Origin: Alistipes sp.
Lineage (GTDB): Bacteria; Bacteroidota; Bacteroidia; Bacteroidales; Rikenellaceae
Assembly (NCBI GenBank): GCA_017937805.1
Contig: JAGBCX010000074.1
Location: forward strand, 20,022 to 84,021
Length of the DNA: 64,000 nt
Direction: 5' to 3'
Shown: piece by piece, positions 18,424 through 28,503 of the stretch
Layout: each line of letters starts with the position of its first letter
Numbering within the stretch: position 1 is the stretch's first letter
Notes under the pieces: model-generated
Seen by the model: the letters and a program-made list of their open reading frames with translations, nothing else
Database searches by the model: none
Told to the model about the DNA's origin: nothing
Position numbers and translations under genes: made by a program

Positions 18424-18997
18424 CCTCGCGCCCCTCGCACATCATCAGGTCGAGCATCGAAGCGTTTTCGACAAAGGGGGTACGGTCCATAAACAACTGA
18501 AAATATTGGGGAGAGCAAAAATGGCTCTCTCTCTTTTTGTCGCGGAGGTCTATTGTGTCTTCGCTCGGCTCGATATATTGCTCCGAGAAGCGGAACTTCG
18601 GCTCAATGCCGAGAATATCAAACTCCGCTTGCAAAATTTCACGGTTTAGGTCTACAAGATATTCCCACTTTTGCTCATAAATCGGGGCTATGCGGTCGGC
18701 TATATAGTCGAAGTAGGGCGAAGAACGATAAGCCGAGAGAATCGCCACCCAATGTTGGTGCTGCCAACGCTTGGAGTTATCTATGCAAATTTTTTGCATA
18801 GGTGTTCGAGGGCGGTTTGCCTTGATAAGTGGCACCGACAAGACCATTCCACCCGTAGGTGTAACAATCTCGGTGCGGTTGCGCTCCGAGCGTTTCACAT
18901 AGTTCTCGCCAAGGTCGATAATCGCCTCTTCGCCACCCTGCAAAAGGTTGGCGAAATGCTCAATCGAACCCCAATATGTCAGTGGTAAAACAACCAT
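18392..18997 (-). CDS. WbqC family protein
   Basis: RNRTEI, LSVPL, WQHQHW and AYRSSPYFDY. Confidence 0.85.
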   Translation of the reverse strand: MVVLPLTYWGSIEHFANLLQGGEEAIIDLGENYVKRSERNRTEIVTPTGGMVLSVPLIKANRPRTPMQKICIDNSKRWQHQHWVAILSAYRSSPYFDYIADRIAPIYEQKWEYLVDLNREILQAEFDILGIEPKFRFSEQYIEPSEDTIDLRDKKRESHFCSPQYFQLFMDRTPFVENASMLDLMMCEGREAIALLDSCRL

Positions 18998-19039
18998 TCA
19001 GTTAAAAGTGCAGAGTTAAAAATTATTTCAATACCTTTT

Positions 19040-19128
19040 AAGAAAGCGAATAAAAAGATGGAGTTCAAGGCTTGCGAGGCGTTGAGTCCGGAGCATAACG
19101 CAGAAATTCGCTTTTTATTCGCTTTCTT
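19040..19128 (+). repeat. REP/RPE-like element, copy 2 (internally deleted), overlapping the ispG stop
   Basis: Inverted ends AAGAAAGCGAATAAAAAG / CTTTTTATTCGCTTTCTT; closely related to 30471-30594. Confidence 0.75.
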
Positions 19129-20593
19129 GCCAATCTCCGTTTGCCTTGATGAGAGCTATAAGGTGTTCGAGAGCCTCCTCTTGCGGGATATTGCGCTCAA
19201 CACACTCCTTGCCCTTGTAGAGCGAAATGCGACCTGCGCCTGCTCCGACATAGCCGTAGTCGGCATCCGCCATCTCGCCCGGACCATTTACAATGCAACC
19301 CATAACGCCAATTTTCAAACCTTTCAAGTGCGAGGTGCGAGCCTTGATATCTGCCAACGCCTGCTCTATATTATATAGGGTACGACCACACGAAGGGCAG
19401 GCGATATACTCGGTATGCGAAAATCTTGCACGGGAGGCTTGCAAAATCATCAACTCAATTTCGTGCAACTCCGCATCGGTAATCTGCGGCGCATCAATCC
19501 ATACGCCATCTGCCAAGCCATCGAGCAACAACTGTCCCATATCGGCTGCGGCACGCACGGCAACCTCCTCATTTGAGCCTTCGTACTTGCGGCGGATAAC
19601 AACGGGTTTGTTGTGGTCGGCATTGAGAATTGCGGCACGCCACTCGGCGGTAGGGTTCTCGCTTACGGCATCAATAACGATATAGTCATCGGTAATCTCG
19701 CTGTGCGCCACAATCGGTGCCGAGGTGCGGCGGCGGTACTCGGTTGGGGAGTAACGCTCTGGGTGCAAAACCTCAAATTCGCCCTCACGACTTTGGAAAT
19801 GCTCGACCAACATCTGCGCTACGGGAATCTCGTTTTCGGGTGCTTCGGTCAGCGAAACACGGATTGTGTCGCCCACGCCATCTGCCAAGAGTGCGCCAAT
19901 ACCTACGGCACTCTTTATCCTGCCTTCGATGCCGTTGCCCGCTTCTGTTACGCCGAGGTGGATAGGGAACGCCATACCCTCACGCTCCATCGCCTCGACC
20001 AAAAGACGGTAGGCATGGACCATAACTCGGGTATTGCTCGACTTCATCGAAACGACCACTTGGTCGAACTGCTCCTTGACGCAAATACGCAAAAACTCCA
20101 TCGCTGATTCGACCATTCCGGCAGGGGTGTCGCCGAGTCGGTCGATGATATGACGAGCCAATGAGCCGTGATTTACACCTATGCGCAACGCCACACCACG
20201 CTTGCGACACTTCTCGATTAACGCCTCCAACTCGCCACCGCTGGTGCGGTAGTTGCCCGGATTGATGCGCACCTTATCGACCGACTCGGCGGCAATAGAT
20301 GCAATCTCCGGCACGAAGTGAATATCCGCCACAATCGCTGTCGGATAGCCATCTCGGCGTACCTGTGCAACAATGTTGCATAGGGCTTCACCCTCCTTTT
20401 TGCCCTGTGCCGTAAGGCGTACAATGGGCGCACCTGCATCGGCAATGCGCTCAATTTGCGCCACACTCGCCTCCACATCGGCTGTGGCGGTATTTGTCAT
20501 CGACTGCACGGCAATCGGACTGTCGCCACCTATGATGGTCGTTCCGATTTTAACCTCGTGGCTTGCTCTGCGTATGTACTTTGTCAAATTCAT
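19115..20593 (-). CDS. ispG: 4-hydroxy-3-methylbut-2-en-1-yl diphosphate synthase
   Basis: VQSMTNT, ADIHF, RINPGN, HLGVTEAG, IACPSCGRT and VMGCIVNGPGE. Confidence 0.97.
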   Translation of the reverse strand: MNLTKYIRRASHEVKIGTTIIGGDSPIAVQSMTNTATADVEASVAQIERIADAGAPIVRLTAQGKKEGEALCNIVAQVRRDGYPTAIVADIHFVPEIASIAAESVDKVRINPGNYRTSGGELEALIEKCRKRGVALRIGVNHGSLARHIIDRLGDTPAGMVESAMEFLRICVKEQFDQVVVSMKSSNTRVMVHAYRLLVEAMEREGMAFPIHLGVTEAGNGIEGRIKSAVGIGALLADGVGDTIRVSLTEAPENEIPVAQMLVEHFQSREGEFEVLHPERYSPTEYRRRTSAPIVAHSEITDDYIVIDAVSENPTAEWRAAILNADHNKPVVIRRKYEGSNEEVAVRAAADMGQLLLDGLADGVWIDAPQITDAELHEIELMILQASRARFSHTEYIACPSCGRTLYNIEQALADIKARTSHLKGLKIGVMGCIVNGPGEMADADYGYVGAGAGRISLYKGKECVERNIPQEEALEHLIALIKANGDWQESE

Positions 20594-20659
20594 ACTACAA
20601 AGATAAAAAATAATTCTGCATTTTGCATTCTACATTTTGAATTTTCTTATCTTTGCACT

Positions 20660-22774
20660 ATGGGAAGTATGCTCGATAATTCGATAAAGTTTGTGCAGGG
20701 GGTGGGCGAGGTGCGTGCCAAGTTGCTCGAAAAGGAGCTGGGCATCGTTACTATGCGCGATATGCTCTACCACTTCCCTTTCCGCTACATTGACCGTTCA
20801 CGCACCTACAAAGTGCGCGAAGTGACCGAAGATAACGCCTCCGCCTATATTCAACTCCGTGTCAGAGTTATTGGCAAAGCCTTTGCCGGCGAGGGGCGCA
20901 AGCAGCGTTTCTCGGTCTATTGTGCCGATGATACGGGGCGTGTGGAGTTAATTTGGTTTCGTGGCGTGAAGTGGATTGAGAAGATTATCGAGCCCAACCG
21001 TGAATATATTGTCTTTGGTCGCCCTTCGTTTTTCCGTGGCGAGTTCTCGATGGTGCACCCCGAAATTGAGGTTGTCGAAAAGGCCCTCTCTCGCAAGGTC
21101 GAGAGTGGCTTGCAAGGTATCTACTCAACAACCGAAAAACTTTCGACTACGCTCGGTGGTAAGGGGTTGTACAATATCGTCTGCTCGTTGTGGGGCGTTG
21201 TGCGAAACCACATCCACGACTATATGCCCGAATATATCGTGCGCAAGTATGGCTTGATGTCGCTCGAAGAGGCACTCTACAATATCCACTTTCCACAGTC
21301 GCCCGAGAAGTTGCGACAGGCGCAATATCGCCTGAAATTTGACGAGTTGTTCGGTATTCAGTTGAATATTCAGGCTCGCAGGTCGGAGCGTACGGGGCGC
21401 AGAGACGGTTTCTTCTTCCCGAAGGTGGGCGATAAGTTCAACACTTTCTACCACACGAAGTTGCCTTTTGACTTGACCGAAGGTCAGAAGCAAGCGGTGC
21501 GTGATATTCGCCAAGATACCGTGTCGGGTATTCAGATGAATCGACTGTTACAGGGCGATGTCGGCAGTGGTAAGACCGTGGTGGCGTTGTTGTCGATGTT
21601 GTTGGCTGGCGACAATGGCTTTCAATCGTGTATGATGGTGCCGACCGAGATTTTGGCACGACAGCACTACGCCTCGATGTCGAAGATGTGCGAGGGTGTG
21701 CCGGTGCGCATCGCAATACTTACGGGAACAACAAAGACGAAGGAACGCCGAGAGATTTTGGCCGCTTTGGAGGCTGGCGAGATAGATATTTTGGTCGGAA
21801 CACACGCCCTGATTGAGGATAGGGTGCAGTTCTCGAACTTGGGATTGGTGATTATTGACGAGCAACACCGCTTCGGTGTGGAGCAGAGGGCGCGATTGTG
21901 GACTAAAAATGCGCAACCTCCGCATATTCTTGTGATGACCGCAACGCCAATTCCTCGAACTTTGGCGATGACCTTGTATGGCGACCTCGATGTGTCGGTT
22001 ATTAAGGGCTTGCCACCGGGAAGACAGCCGATAAAGACCTACCATTACTTCGAGTCTGCCCGATTGTCGTTGCAGAACTTTATGCGCAAGCAGATTGAGC
22101 GAGGGCGACAGATTTATGTGGTATATCCGTTGATTGCCGAGTCTGAAAAGATGGACTACCTCTCGTTGCAGGAGGGTTTTGACGCTATTGTGCGCGATTT
22201 TCCGCTGCCTAAATATAAGGTTGCGGTTTGTCATGGCAAGATGAAGCCCGAACTGAAACAGCAGGCGATGGAGGAGTTCAAAAACGGGCAGGCGGATATT
22301 TTGGTCGCAACCTCGGTTATTGAGGTGGGAGTCGATGTGCCGAATGCCACGGTGATAGTTATCGAGTCGGCGGAGCGTTTCGGCTTGGCACAGTTGCACC
22401 AGCTGCGAGGTCGTGTAGGTCGTGGCTCGGAGCAGTCCTACTGCGTGCTGATGTCTGACGAGAAGTTGTCGAAGGAGTCGAGCAAGCGCTTGGAGGCGAT
22501 GTGTCAGACGACCGATGGCTTCGAGTTGGCGGAGTTGGACCTCAAATTGCGAGGTGCGGGCGATATAAACGGCACAATGCAGAGTGGCGAGGCGTTCAAC
22601 TTGAAGATTGCCAACCCAACCTACGACAACCAGATTTTGCAGGTGGCACAGGCGTTGGCGATTTCGCTTCTTGGTGTTGATGCTACACTTTCGCACCCCG
22701 ACCATTTGGCGTTGCGAGAGTTACGTGACCGCTACGCTCCCGAATACAAGACCGATTTCTCGGAGATTTCATAA
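20660..22774 (+). CDS. recG: ATP-dependent DNA helicase RecG
   Basis: LLQGDVGSGKT, IIDEQHRFG, MTATPIPRT and QLHQLRGRVGRG. The ATG lies 4 nt after a TATCTTTG promoter box. Confidence 0.96.
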   Translation: MGSMLDNSIKFVQGVGEVRAKLLEKELGIVTMRDMLYHFPFRYIDRSRTYKVREVTEDNASAYIQLRVRVIGKAFAGEGRKQRFSVYCADDTGRVELIWFRGVKWIEKIIEPNREYIVFGRPSFFRGEFSMVHPEIEVVEKALSRKVESGLQGIYSTTEKLSTTLGGKGLYNIVCSLWGVVRNHIHDYMPEYIVRKYGLMSLEEALYNIHFPQSPEKLRQAQYRLKFDELFGIQLNIQARRSERTGRRDGFFFPKVGDKFNTFYHTKLPFDLTEGQKQAVRDIRQDTVSGIQMNRLLQGDVGSGKTVVALLSMLLAGDNGFQSCMMVPTEILARQHYASMSKMCEGVPVRIAILTGTTKTKERREILAALEAGEIDILVGTHALIEDRVQFSNLGLVIIDEQHRFGVEQRARLWTKNAQPPHILVMTATPIPRTLAMTLYGDLDVSVIKGLPPGRQPIKTYHYFESARLSLQNFMRKQIERGRQIYVVYPLIAESEKMDYLSLQEGFDAIVRDFPLPKYKVAVCHGKMKPELKQQAMEEFKNGQADILVATSVIEVGVDVPNATVIVIESAERFGLAQLHQLRGRVGRGSEQSYCVLMSDEKLSKESSKRLEAMCQTTDGFELAELDLKLRGAGDINGTMQSGEAFNLKIANPTYDNQILQVAQALAISLLGVDATLSHPDHLALRELRDRYAPEYKTDFSEIS

Positions 22775-22780
22775 TAATAG

Positions 22781-23650
22781 ATGCTGCAACTGCGTTTAAG
22801 AGATATGTTAAGTGTGAGCAGATATATAAAAGGTGCGATTTTTGCGATACTCCTTATTGCAGGGGTAGCGACCACCTCGGCACAGGTCTTTCAGGAGGGC
22901 GAGGTGTTGTATTATCGTGCCGCCTATCGTGCCAAGTTGGTGCCGAATATCGAGGCGGGTGAGGTTACGGTATCGACACGCTCCGATACACTTGATGGCA
23001 AAGATATGCATCGTGTTACGGGAAATGGTCGCACCTTGCCATTTTTTCGCTGGTTCTTCGACATGAACGACACCTACGATATTTGGGTGGACAAGCAGAC
23101 ACTGCGCACACAGCGTTTCGAGAGCGACTTGAAGGAGGATAAGTACACCTTCCGCAGTCACTATCGTTACGATTGGGACTCGATGAAGGTGCATACTTGG
23201 TCGCAAAGACGACAAGATACTCCGCGCACCAAGACAATGCAACTAACCAAAGAGAGTATGGACGCCGTATCGCTCTATTTCAATCTTCGTTCGGTCGATT
23301 TGGAGTCGTTCCGTGAGGGTGAACACCGCAGGCTCGACATGGTGTTGGAGGATACTATTCGTCATCTTCGCTACCGCTATATCGGACGTGAGGAGTTGAA
23401 AGTACCGAAGTTGGGGCGTTTTGACACGATGAAATTTGCCTGTACGCTCGGCTCTTCGGAGGAGTTTTCGTTTACTGACGGTACGGAGTTTTTCATCTGG
23501 ATAACCAACGATGAGAACAAAATCCCGGTGATGCTCGCCTCGCCGGTGCGCGTTGGAGAGATTAGAGCATACCTCCGCCGATACGAAGGGTTAAAATATC
23601 CACTAACATCAAAAATAACGGAAAACGGAAAGCGGAAAGCGGGAAACTAA
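22781..23650 (+). CDS. DUF3108 family secreted protein
   Basis: Signal peptide, FQEGEVLYY and WITNDENKIPV. The start may instead be 22805. Confidence 0.75.
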   Translation: MLQLRLRDMLSVSRYIKGAIFAILLIAGVATTSAQVFQEGEVLYYRAAYRAKLVPNIEAGEVTVSTRSDTLDGKDMHRVTGNGRTLPFFRWFFDMNDTYDIWVDKQTLRTQRFESDLKEDKYTFRSHYRYDWDSMKVHTWSQRRQDTPRTKTMQLTKESMDAVSLYFNLRSVDLESFREGEHRRLDMVLEDTIRHLRYRYIGREELKVPKLGRFDTMKFACTLGSSEEFSFTDGTEFFIWITNDENKIPVMLASPVRVGEIRAYLRRYEGLKYPLTSKITENGKRKAGN

Positions 23651-23688
23651 AAACAAAGTATTATATTTGCAAAAAATATCTCAAAACT

Positions 23689-24612
23689 ATGGAAGAGAAC
23701 AAATACGAATACAACCCCGAGGAGGGTTATGACTACGAAAAGGAGGAGAACGAGGCGGTCAAGAAGTCGCTTCGAGGCTATCGTGTGGTAATTATTCTGC
23801 TCGCCATAATTTTGGCGGGATTGTCGGTCTTATATTTTAACCTCAATCGTCAACAGCAGGAGGACTATGCTCTGTTGCAAGCAGATAGAGATACTATCCA
23901 AAGCAATCTCAACTCGCTCATTACCGAGTATGATGATTTGAAGTATCAGAACGACACTATTGCTGCACAATTGGAGAAGGCAAAGGAGATGGTAGAGCAA
24001 CTTAAGTATGAGCGTCGTCTCAACTACAACAAGATTAAGGCTTATCAGAAGGAGGTTGGAACCTTGCGTGCTGTGATGAAAAACTACCTCCGTCAAATCG
24101 ATTCGCTCAACACCATCAACAAGAAAGTTATTGGCGAAAATGTATCGCTTCGCAAGGAGATTTCGACAGCAAACCTTCGTGCAGATGTTGCCGAGGAGCG
24201 AGCTTCAGAGTTGCAAAATAAGGTACAACAAGGCTCGGTGCTTCGCGCTCGCGATATCACTATGGTGGCACTAAATGCTAACGATAGAATCATCTCGCGC
24301 GTGAAAAATGCAGCAACTCTGCGCATCGATTTCACCATTGGAGCAAACGAGTTGGCCGCAGCAGGAAATCGCCCAATCTACCTCTGCATCACCTCACCTG
24401 ATGGCTATCTGCTCTCAACAGATGCAATGCCTACATTCGAGTATCAGGGTGTCAAGAAGGGTTACTCGGCATCTCGTGAGGTCGATTACCAGAATGAGGA
24501 CCTCGATGTCAGCATCTTCTACAAAGGTAGCGGATTTATCCCTGGCACCTACGAGATTGAGCTCTATATGGGTAACAACCAAATAGGAGCTACAGAGGTG
24601 GCTGTAAGATAA
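23689..24612 (+). CDS. Membrane-anchored coiled-coil protein conserved in Bacteroidales
   Basis: Single TM helix, long coiled coil (KEVGTLRAVMKNYLRQIDSLN) and a C-terminal beta domain. Confidence 0.7.
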   Translation: MEENKYEYNPEEGYDYEKEENEAVKKSLRGYRVVIILLAIILAGLSVLYFNLNRQQQEDYALLQADRDTIQSNLNSLITEYDDLKYQNDTIAAQLEKAKEMVEQLKYERRLNYNKIKAYQKEVGTLRAVMKNYLRQIDSLNTINKKVIGENVSLRKEISTANLRADVAEERASELQNKVQQGSVLRARDITMVALNANDRIISRVKNAATLRIDFTIGANELAAAGNRPIYLCITSPDGYLLSTDAMPTFEYQGVKKGYSASREVDYQNEDLDVSIFYKGSGFIPGTYEIELYMGNNQIGATEVAVR

Positions 24613-24732
24613 AAATCGTTTTGATAATACGAGATAACTCGCAATTAGATGAAATCCCGTTTTTCGTTAGAAAAACAAGATGCAAGAAGATTCTTAACAG
24701 CACACGGAGCAGACATAGTCTGCGACCAAGTC

Positions 24733-24762
24733 CCCTCCTCGGAGGGGGTTTGGGGGTGGGTA
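24733..24762. repeat. Short REP-like palindrome
   Basis: CCCCTCCTCGGAGGGGG hairpin followed by TTTGGGGGTGGGTA in intergenic DNA. Confidence 0.45.
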
Positions 24763-24844
24763 GAATTGTAAATGCGGGGGCACCCCGCAAGAAAAAGAAG
24801 TTAGATTAGAACAATAACATAACCAATTAACCAATAAGTTTACT

Positions 24845-25006
24845 ATGAAAAAGTATGTTTGCACCGTATGTGCATGGGTTTATGACCCTGAGATTGGCGA
24901 TCCCGACAGCGGTATCGCACCCGGAACTGCATTCGAGGATATCCCCGAGGATTGGGTATGCCCAATATGTGGCGTTGGCAAGGAGGATTTTAATCCTATA
25001 GGCTAA
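24845..25006 (+). CDS. Rubredoxin
   Basis: Manual translation [53 protein letters not shown] with two CxxC motifs. Missed by the ORF track. Confidence 0.97.
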   Translation: MKKYVCTVCAWVYDPEIGDPDSGIAPGTAFEDIPEDWVCPICGVGKEDFNPIG

Positions 25007-25014
25007 TTTAGGTC

Positions 25015-25452
25015 ATGATGCATGCAGTTATTTCGACCGAGAAGGGCGATATGAAGGTGGAGCTCTACGAGAAGGAGACTCCTATCACCGTAGCAAATTT
25101 TGTTAAGCTCGCCGAGTCACACTTCTATGATGGTTTGACCTTCCACCGTGTGATTCCTGAGTTTGTTATTCAGGGCGGTTGCCCTATCGGCAATGGCGCA
25201 GGTGGTCCGGGTTGGACTATTCCGTGCGAGACCGATGCCGAGCGTCAATACCACGACCGAGGCGTTCTCTCAATGGCGCATCGCGGTAAGGATACGGGTG
25301 GCTCGCAGTTCTTTATCTGCCACAACCGCCGCAATACCCAGCATCTCGATGGCGTTCACACCTGCTTCGGCAAGGTCGTGGAGGGCGAGGATGTGATTGA
25401 CGATATCCGCCCGGGAGATTTAATTTTCTCGGTAACAATTACCGAAGAGTAA
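25015..25452 (+). CDS. Cyclophilin-type peptidyl-prolyl isomerase
   Basis: [30 protein letters not shown] and [12 protein letters not shown]. Confidence 0.95.
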   Translation: MMHAVISTEKGDMKVELYEKETPITVANFVKLAESHFYDGLTFHRVIPEFVIQGGCPIGNGAGGPGWTIPCETDAERQYHDRGVLSMAHRGKDTGGSQFFICHNRRNTQHLDGVHTCFGKVVEGEDVIDDIRPGDLIFSVTITEE

Positions 25453-25464
25453 ATCTAAAAACGC

Positions 25465-25496
25465 AATAAAGGCTCCGAAATTTCGGAGCCTTTATT
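25465..25496. terminator. Bidirectional terminator
   Basis: Perfect palindrome AATAAAGGCTCCGAAATTTCGGAGCCTTTATT between convergent genes. Confidence 0.9.
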
Positions 25497-25497
25497 A

Positions 25498-26922
25498 TTA
25501 GTGAGTAAACACTTTGCCGTACTGCTTCTCCTGCTTCTCGTATTTGATGCGCGAGGAGGTCGGATACTTCAACTTATCGAACTCGGCAACAGCATTGCGA
25601 ATATCGGTCAGGAGCATATCTGCCATATCACGCGTAAGTCCTTGGCGTACAACAACTCGCATCACTACCAAATCCTCGATATCCTTCGGCATCGTGTATG
25701 CCGGTACCATCCAACCACTCTGTTGTAATACAGCCTGCAAGTCGTACAAGGTCCACTTTGCGGTCTTGTCGTACTCTGGGTTCATATACCAGATAAAGAG
25801 AGGATTGTCGAGTGTCTTGGCGTAGTTCGTAAAGCACTTCATCTTACCAATCTGCTCGTGACAGTAGCATGCGATATCCATCGACTCCTGCTGAATCTTC
25901 TTGTAGCCTTCAAATCCGTAGCGGATAAAGTTGTAGTACTGACCGAGAATCTGCGCCGCAGGGCGAGAGAAGTTCAAACCGACCTGTGTAATGTTTGCTC
26001 CCAAGTAATTGACACTAAACGACATCTCCTCAGGCAGGCACTTCTTGTCGCGCCAAACAACCCAGCCCAAGCCCGGATATACCAAGCCGTACTTGTGTCC
26101 TGATGTCGAAATCGAATACACCCACTTCAAACGGAAATCCCACTTGAAATCGGGTTTCAAGAATGGCAAAATAAAGCCACCCGAAGCTGCGTCTACATGG
26201 ATAGCCACCTCATAGCCGGTCTTTTTGTTGAAGGCATCGAGTTCCTTATCAAGTGCCTCGATATCATCGTTCAAGCCTGTCCAGGTAACGCCCGCAATCG
26301 GCACTACGCAGATAGTATTCTCGTCACACATCGCCACCGCTTTCTTCGGGTCGAGCGATGGGCATTTGAGCGATAACGGCACCTCGCGCATCTCCACGCC
26401 CCAAAGTTGCGCAAACTTCTCCCACACAACCTGATAGGCGGAACTCAACACGATATTTGGCTTTTCGCACGACTTTCCCTCCTTCTTGCGGCGAGCCTTC
26501 CAACGCAAGAGGGCTGCCACACCTCCGAGCATACACGCCTCCGAGGAGCCGATACCGAGCGCACCGGCCTTCCACTCCGCCTTTTCGGGCGTGTGCCAAA
26601 GGTTGGCGATAATGTTGATGCAGCGACCGCACATCACCGCCACGCGAGGATACTCCGTTTCGTCAATATAGTTGATATTCACCGCCTCGTTCATCAACTT
26701 AGTGGCGTACTCGTCCATATAGGTAGTAACGAAAGTTGCGAGGTTAAGGCGAGGTTGTGTCTGCGGATATGTTTCGTCTTTAACCATCTTATACGCCACC
26801 TCGGGAGAGGTCGAACATTGAGGAATAAACTCGGTAGGAGCCGCCGTAAGGCGACCATCGGCAGTAGTTGTGCAGTCGGTTGTTGTTGCACAACCTTTTT
26901 TGGTTGTTGTTGATGTTTTCAT
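25498..26922 (-). CDS. gadB: Glutamate decarboxylase
   Basis: LNLATFVTT, HVDAASGGF and the PLP lysine motif STSGHKYGLVYPG. Confidence 0.95.
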   Translation of the reverse strand: MKTSTTTKKGCATTTDCTTTADGRLTAAPTEFIPQCSTSPEVAYKMVKDETYPQTQPRLNLATFVTTYMDEYATKLMNEAVNINYIDETEYPRVAVMCGRCINIIANLWHTPEKAEWKAGALGIGSSEACMLGGVAALLRWKARRKKEGKSCEKPNIVLSSAYQVVWEKFAQLWGVEMREVPLSLKCPSLDPKKAVAMCDENTICVVPIAGVTWTGLNDDIEALDKELDAFNKKTGYEVAIHVDAASGGFILPFLKPDFKWDFRLKWVYSISTSGHKYGLVYPGLGWVVWRDKKCLPEEMSFSVNYLGANITQVGLNFSRPAAQILGQYYNFIRYGFEGYKKIQQESMDIACYCHEQIGKMKCFTNYAKTLDNPLFIWYMNPEYDKTAKWTLYDLQAVLQQSGWMVPAYTMPKDIEDLVVMRVVVRQGLTRDMADMLLTDIRNAVAEFDKLKYPTSSRIKYEKQEKQYGKVFTH

Positions 26923-26982
26923 AGTAACATGTTTTAAGGTTTTTTGAAATATCACTCAAAACCATCGCACAAACCATACCAC

Positions 26983-27013
26983 AAAAATAGCGACCGAGAG
27001 TTTCGGTCGCTAT
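26983..27013 (-). terminator. Terminator hairpin; left copy of a 31-bp direct repeat
   Basis: AAAAATAGCGACCGAGAGTTTCGGTCGCTAT, identical to 30378-30408. Confidence 0.85.
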
Positions 27014-27073
27014 CGCTTGGCTGTGAGCCGTTAGCCATTGGCTGTTTAGGAAATTTTAGCTAAGAGAACTGAT

Positions 27074-28492
27074 CTATTTAAGTGTCATTGTCCTCCAACT
27101 GTTTGTAGCAGATGTACTAGTTGCTACAATCGGAGTTTGTGGTTTGTCGTTGATTAGAAAAGCCTCTTTCTTTACATTATAGTTAATATAGGTAGCCAAT
27201 TCAGAGTAAGAAACATTACCTGCTGTTTCTTGCAACTTTTTCAATAAGAAATAGGTAAACATTCCGTGACCTTTTTCAGGGTATGTCATTGCCGTTTCAT
27301 CTCCACTGGAAGCAGAGAATACAACAGAGTTTCCTTGCAGAGTCTCCTTTTTTGCTTCACGAGCAACTCCACGAGCAGCCACCAACATACTTCCCTCCTT
27401 ATTGGCTCCTGTAAAACATGCGTCCATAAAATATGTTATATTCGATGCCTTTGTGTTTGCCAATGCGGTATAGAGAGAATTTAGGCTATAACAAGTGGTA
27501 GTATTTGTTCCCTTACCATCAACCGGGATAATGTAAGCATCTCCCGTTTTTTCATCTGGAATACCATGACCACAATAGTAAACAATCGCTTTTGCTCCAT
27601 CAAAATTATTAAGGGCATATTTCAACCAATCTACACCACCAGAAATAACTCCATACGAAGCATTTGCACAATAGCGTATCTGTCGTTCAGGAATACCTAA
27701 TGTTTTAATACAATACTCCTTAAACACCTCACCATCGTGTGACGCAAAATTCACATCATCAACAAATTGATAATCTTCATTTGCTATAATCAAGGCGTAT
27801 GTGTCATTTAACTTGGTATTGGTTTGAGGGATATTTTTATCCACATCTGATTGGATTGTAACCTTCTTTTTTGCATTCATTGGTTGAGTTGTTGCTGCAT
27901 AATAGACAGGCGTAGGAGTAACAGCACTATCCAACTTGGCTATTAAGGCCGTTGCTTTTGAGTTAATATCATCTCTAAATTCTTTCATTATCTCTTTCGT
28001 TGCCTCTACCATACAAACTGATGCATCTTTTCCATAATACAAACCTATTGCGCTACGTTTTATTGCCGAATATTCGTAAGTGTACAAAATGTTCCCATTA
28101 ACATCTAATACTTTGAAAGATAATATCATATCAACCTTTGCAGCCGAAATTGGCATACCTAAAAGGTTTGCAGCAAAGAGTGTAAAGCCTGAAAGAAATG
28201 CAAGACCTAAATTCTGTTTTAGATGGACTTTTTTACAAGCGACCTCGATTGTTCCTCTTTTTTGACCAGCATCAGAGATAATGTTTTGATTAATTTCATT
28301 ACGTACAATATTCTTTACGAAATCGACATTTGCGCCTCGAATATCTCCACCAGCAAACCACTCAAAATCCATTTTTGGCAATTTCTGTCCAATTGGATTT
28401 TTGCTAGCATCAGACATAAATGGTTTGTATGTCGTACATCCTGAAATAATATAGCATAATGCTACAATAAGTGTAAATATTTTTCTCTTCAT
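27074..28492 (-). CDS. Caspase-family (peptidase C14) lipoprotein
   Basis: Lipobox IISGC, YALIIANEDY, catalytic His in YYCGHG, catalytic Cys in MDACF, HGMFTYFLL and QTP. Confidence 0.88.
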   Translation of the reverse strand: MKRKIFTLIVALCYIISGCTTYKPFMSDASKNPIGQKLPKMDFEWFAGGDIRGANVDFVKNIVRNEINQNIISDAGQKRGTIEVACKKVHLKQNLGLAFLSGFTLFAANLLGMPISAAKVDMILSFKVLDVNGNILYTYEYSAIKRSAIGLYYGKDASVCMVEATKEIMKEFRDDINSKATALIAKLDSAVTPTPVYYAATTQPMNAKKKVTIQSDVDKNIPQTNTKLNDTYALIIANEDYQFVDDVNFASHDGEVFKEYCIKTLGIPERQIRYCANASYGVISGGVDWLKYALNNFDGAKAIVYYCGHGIPDEKTGDAYIIPVDGKGTNTTTCYSLNSLYTALANTKASNITYFMDACFTGANKEGSMLVAARGVAREAKKETLQGNSVVFSASSGDETAMTYPEKGHGMFTYFLLKKLQETAGNVSYSELATYINYNVKKEAFLINDKPQTPIVATSTSATNSWRTMTLK

Positions 28493-28503
28493 AATAGTTT
28501 GTG

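Noticed and set aside
21548-22705. Long antisense ORFs, such as 385 aa opposite recG and 412 aa opposite fumarate hydratase
   Set aside because: They mirror the codon bias of well-supported genes and show no recognisable motifs or independent promoter.
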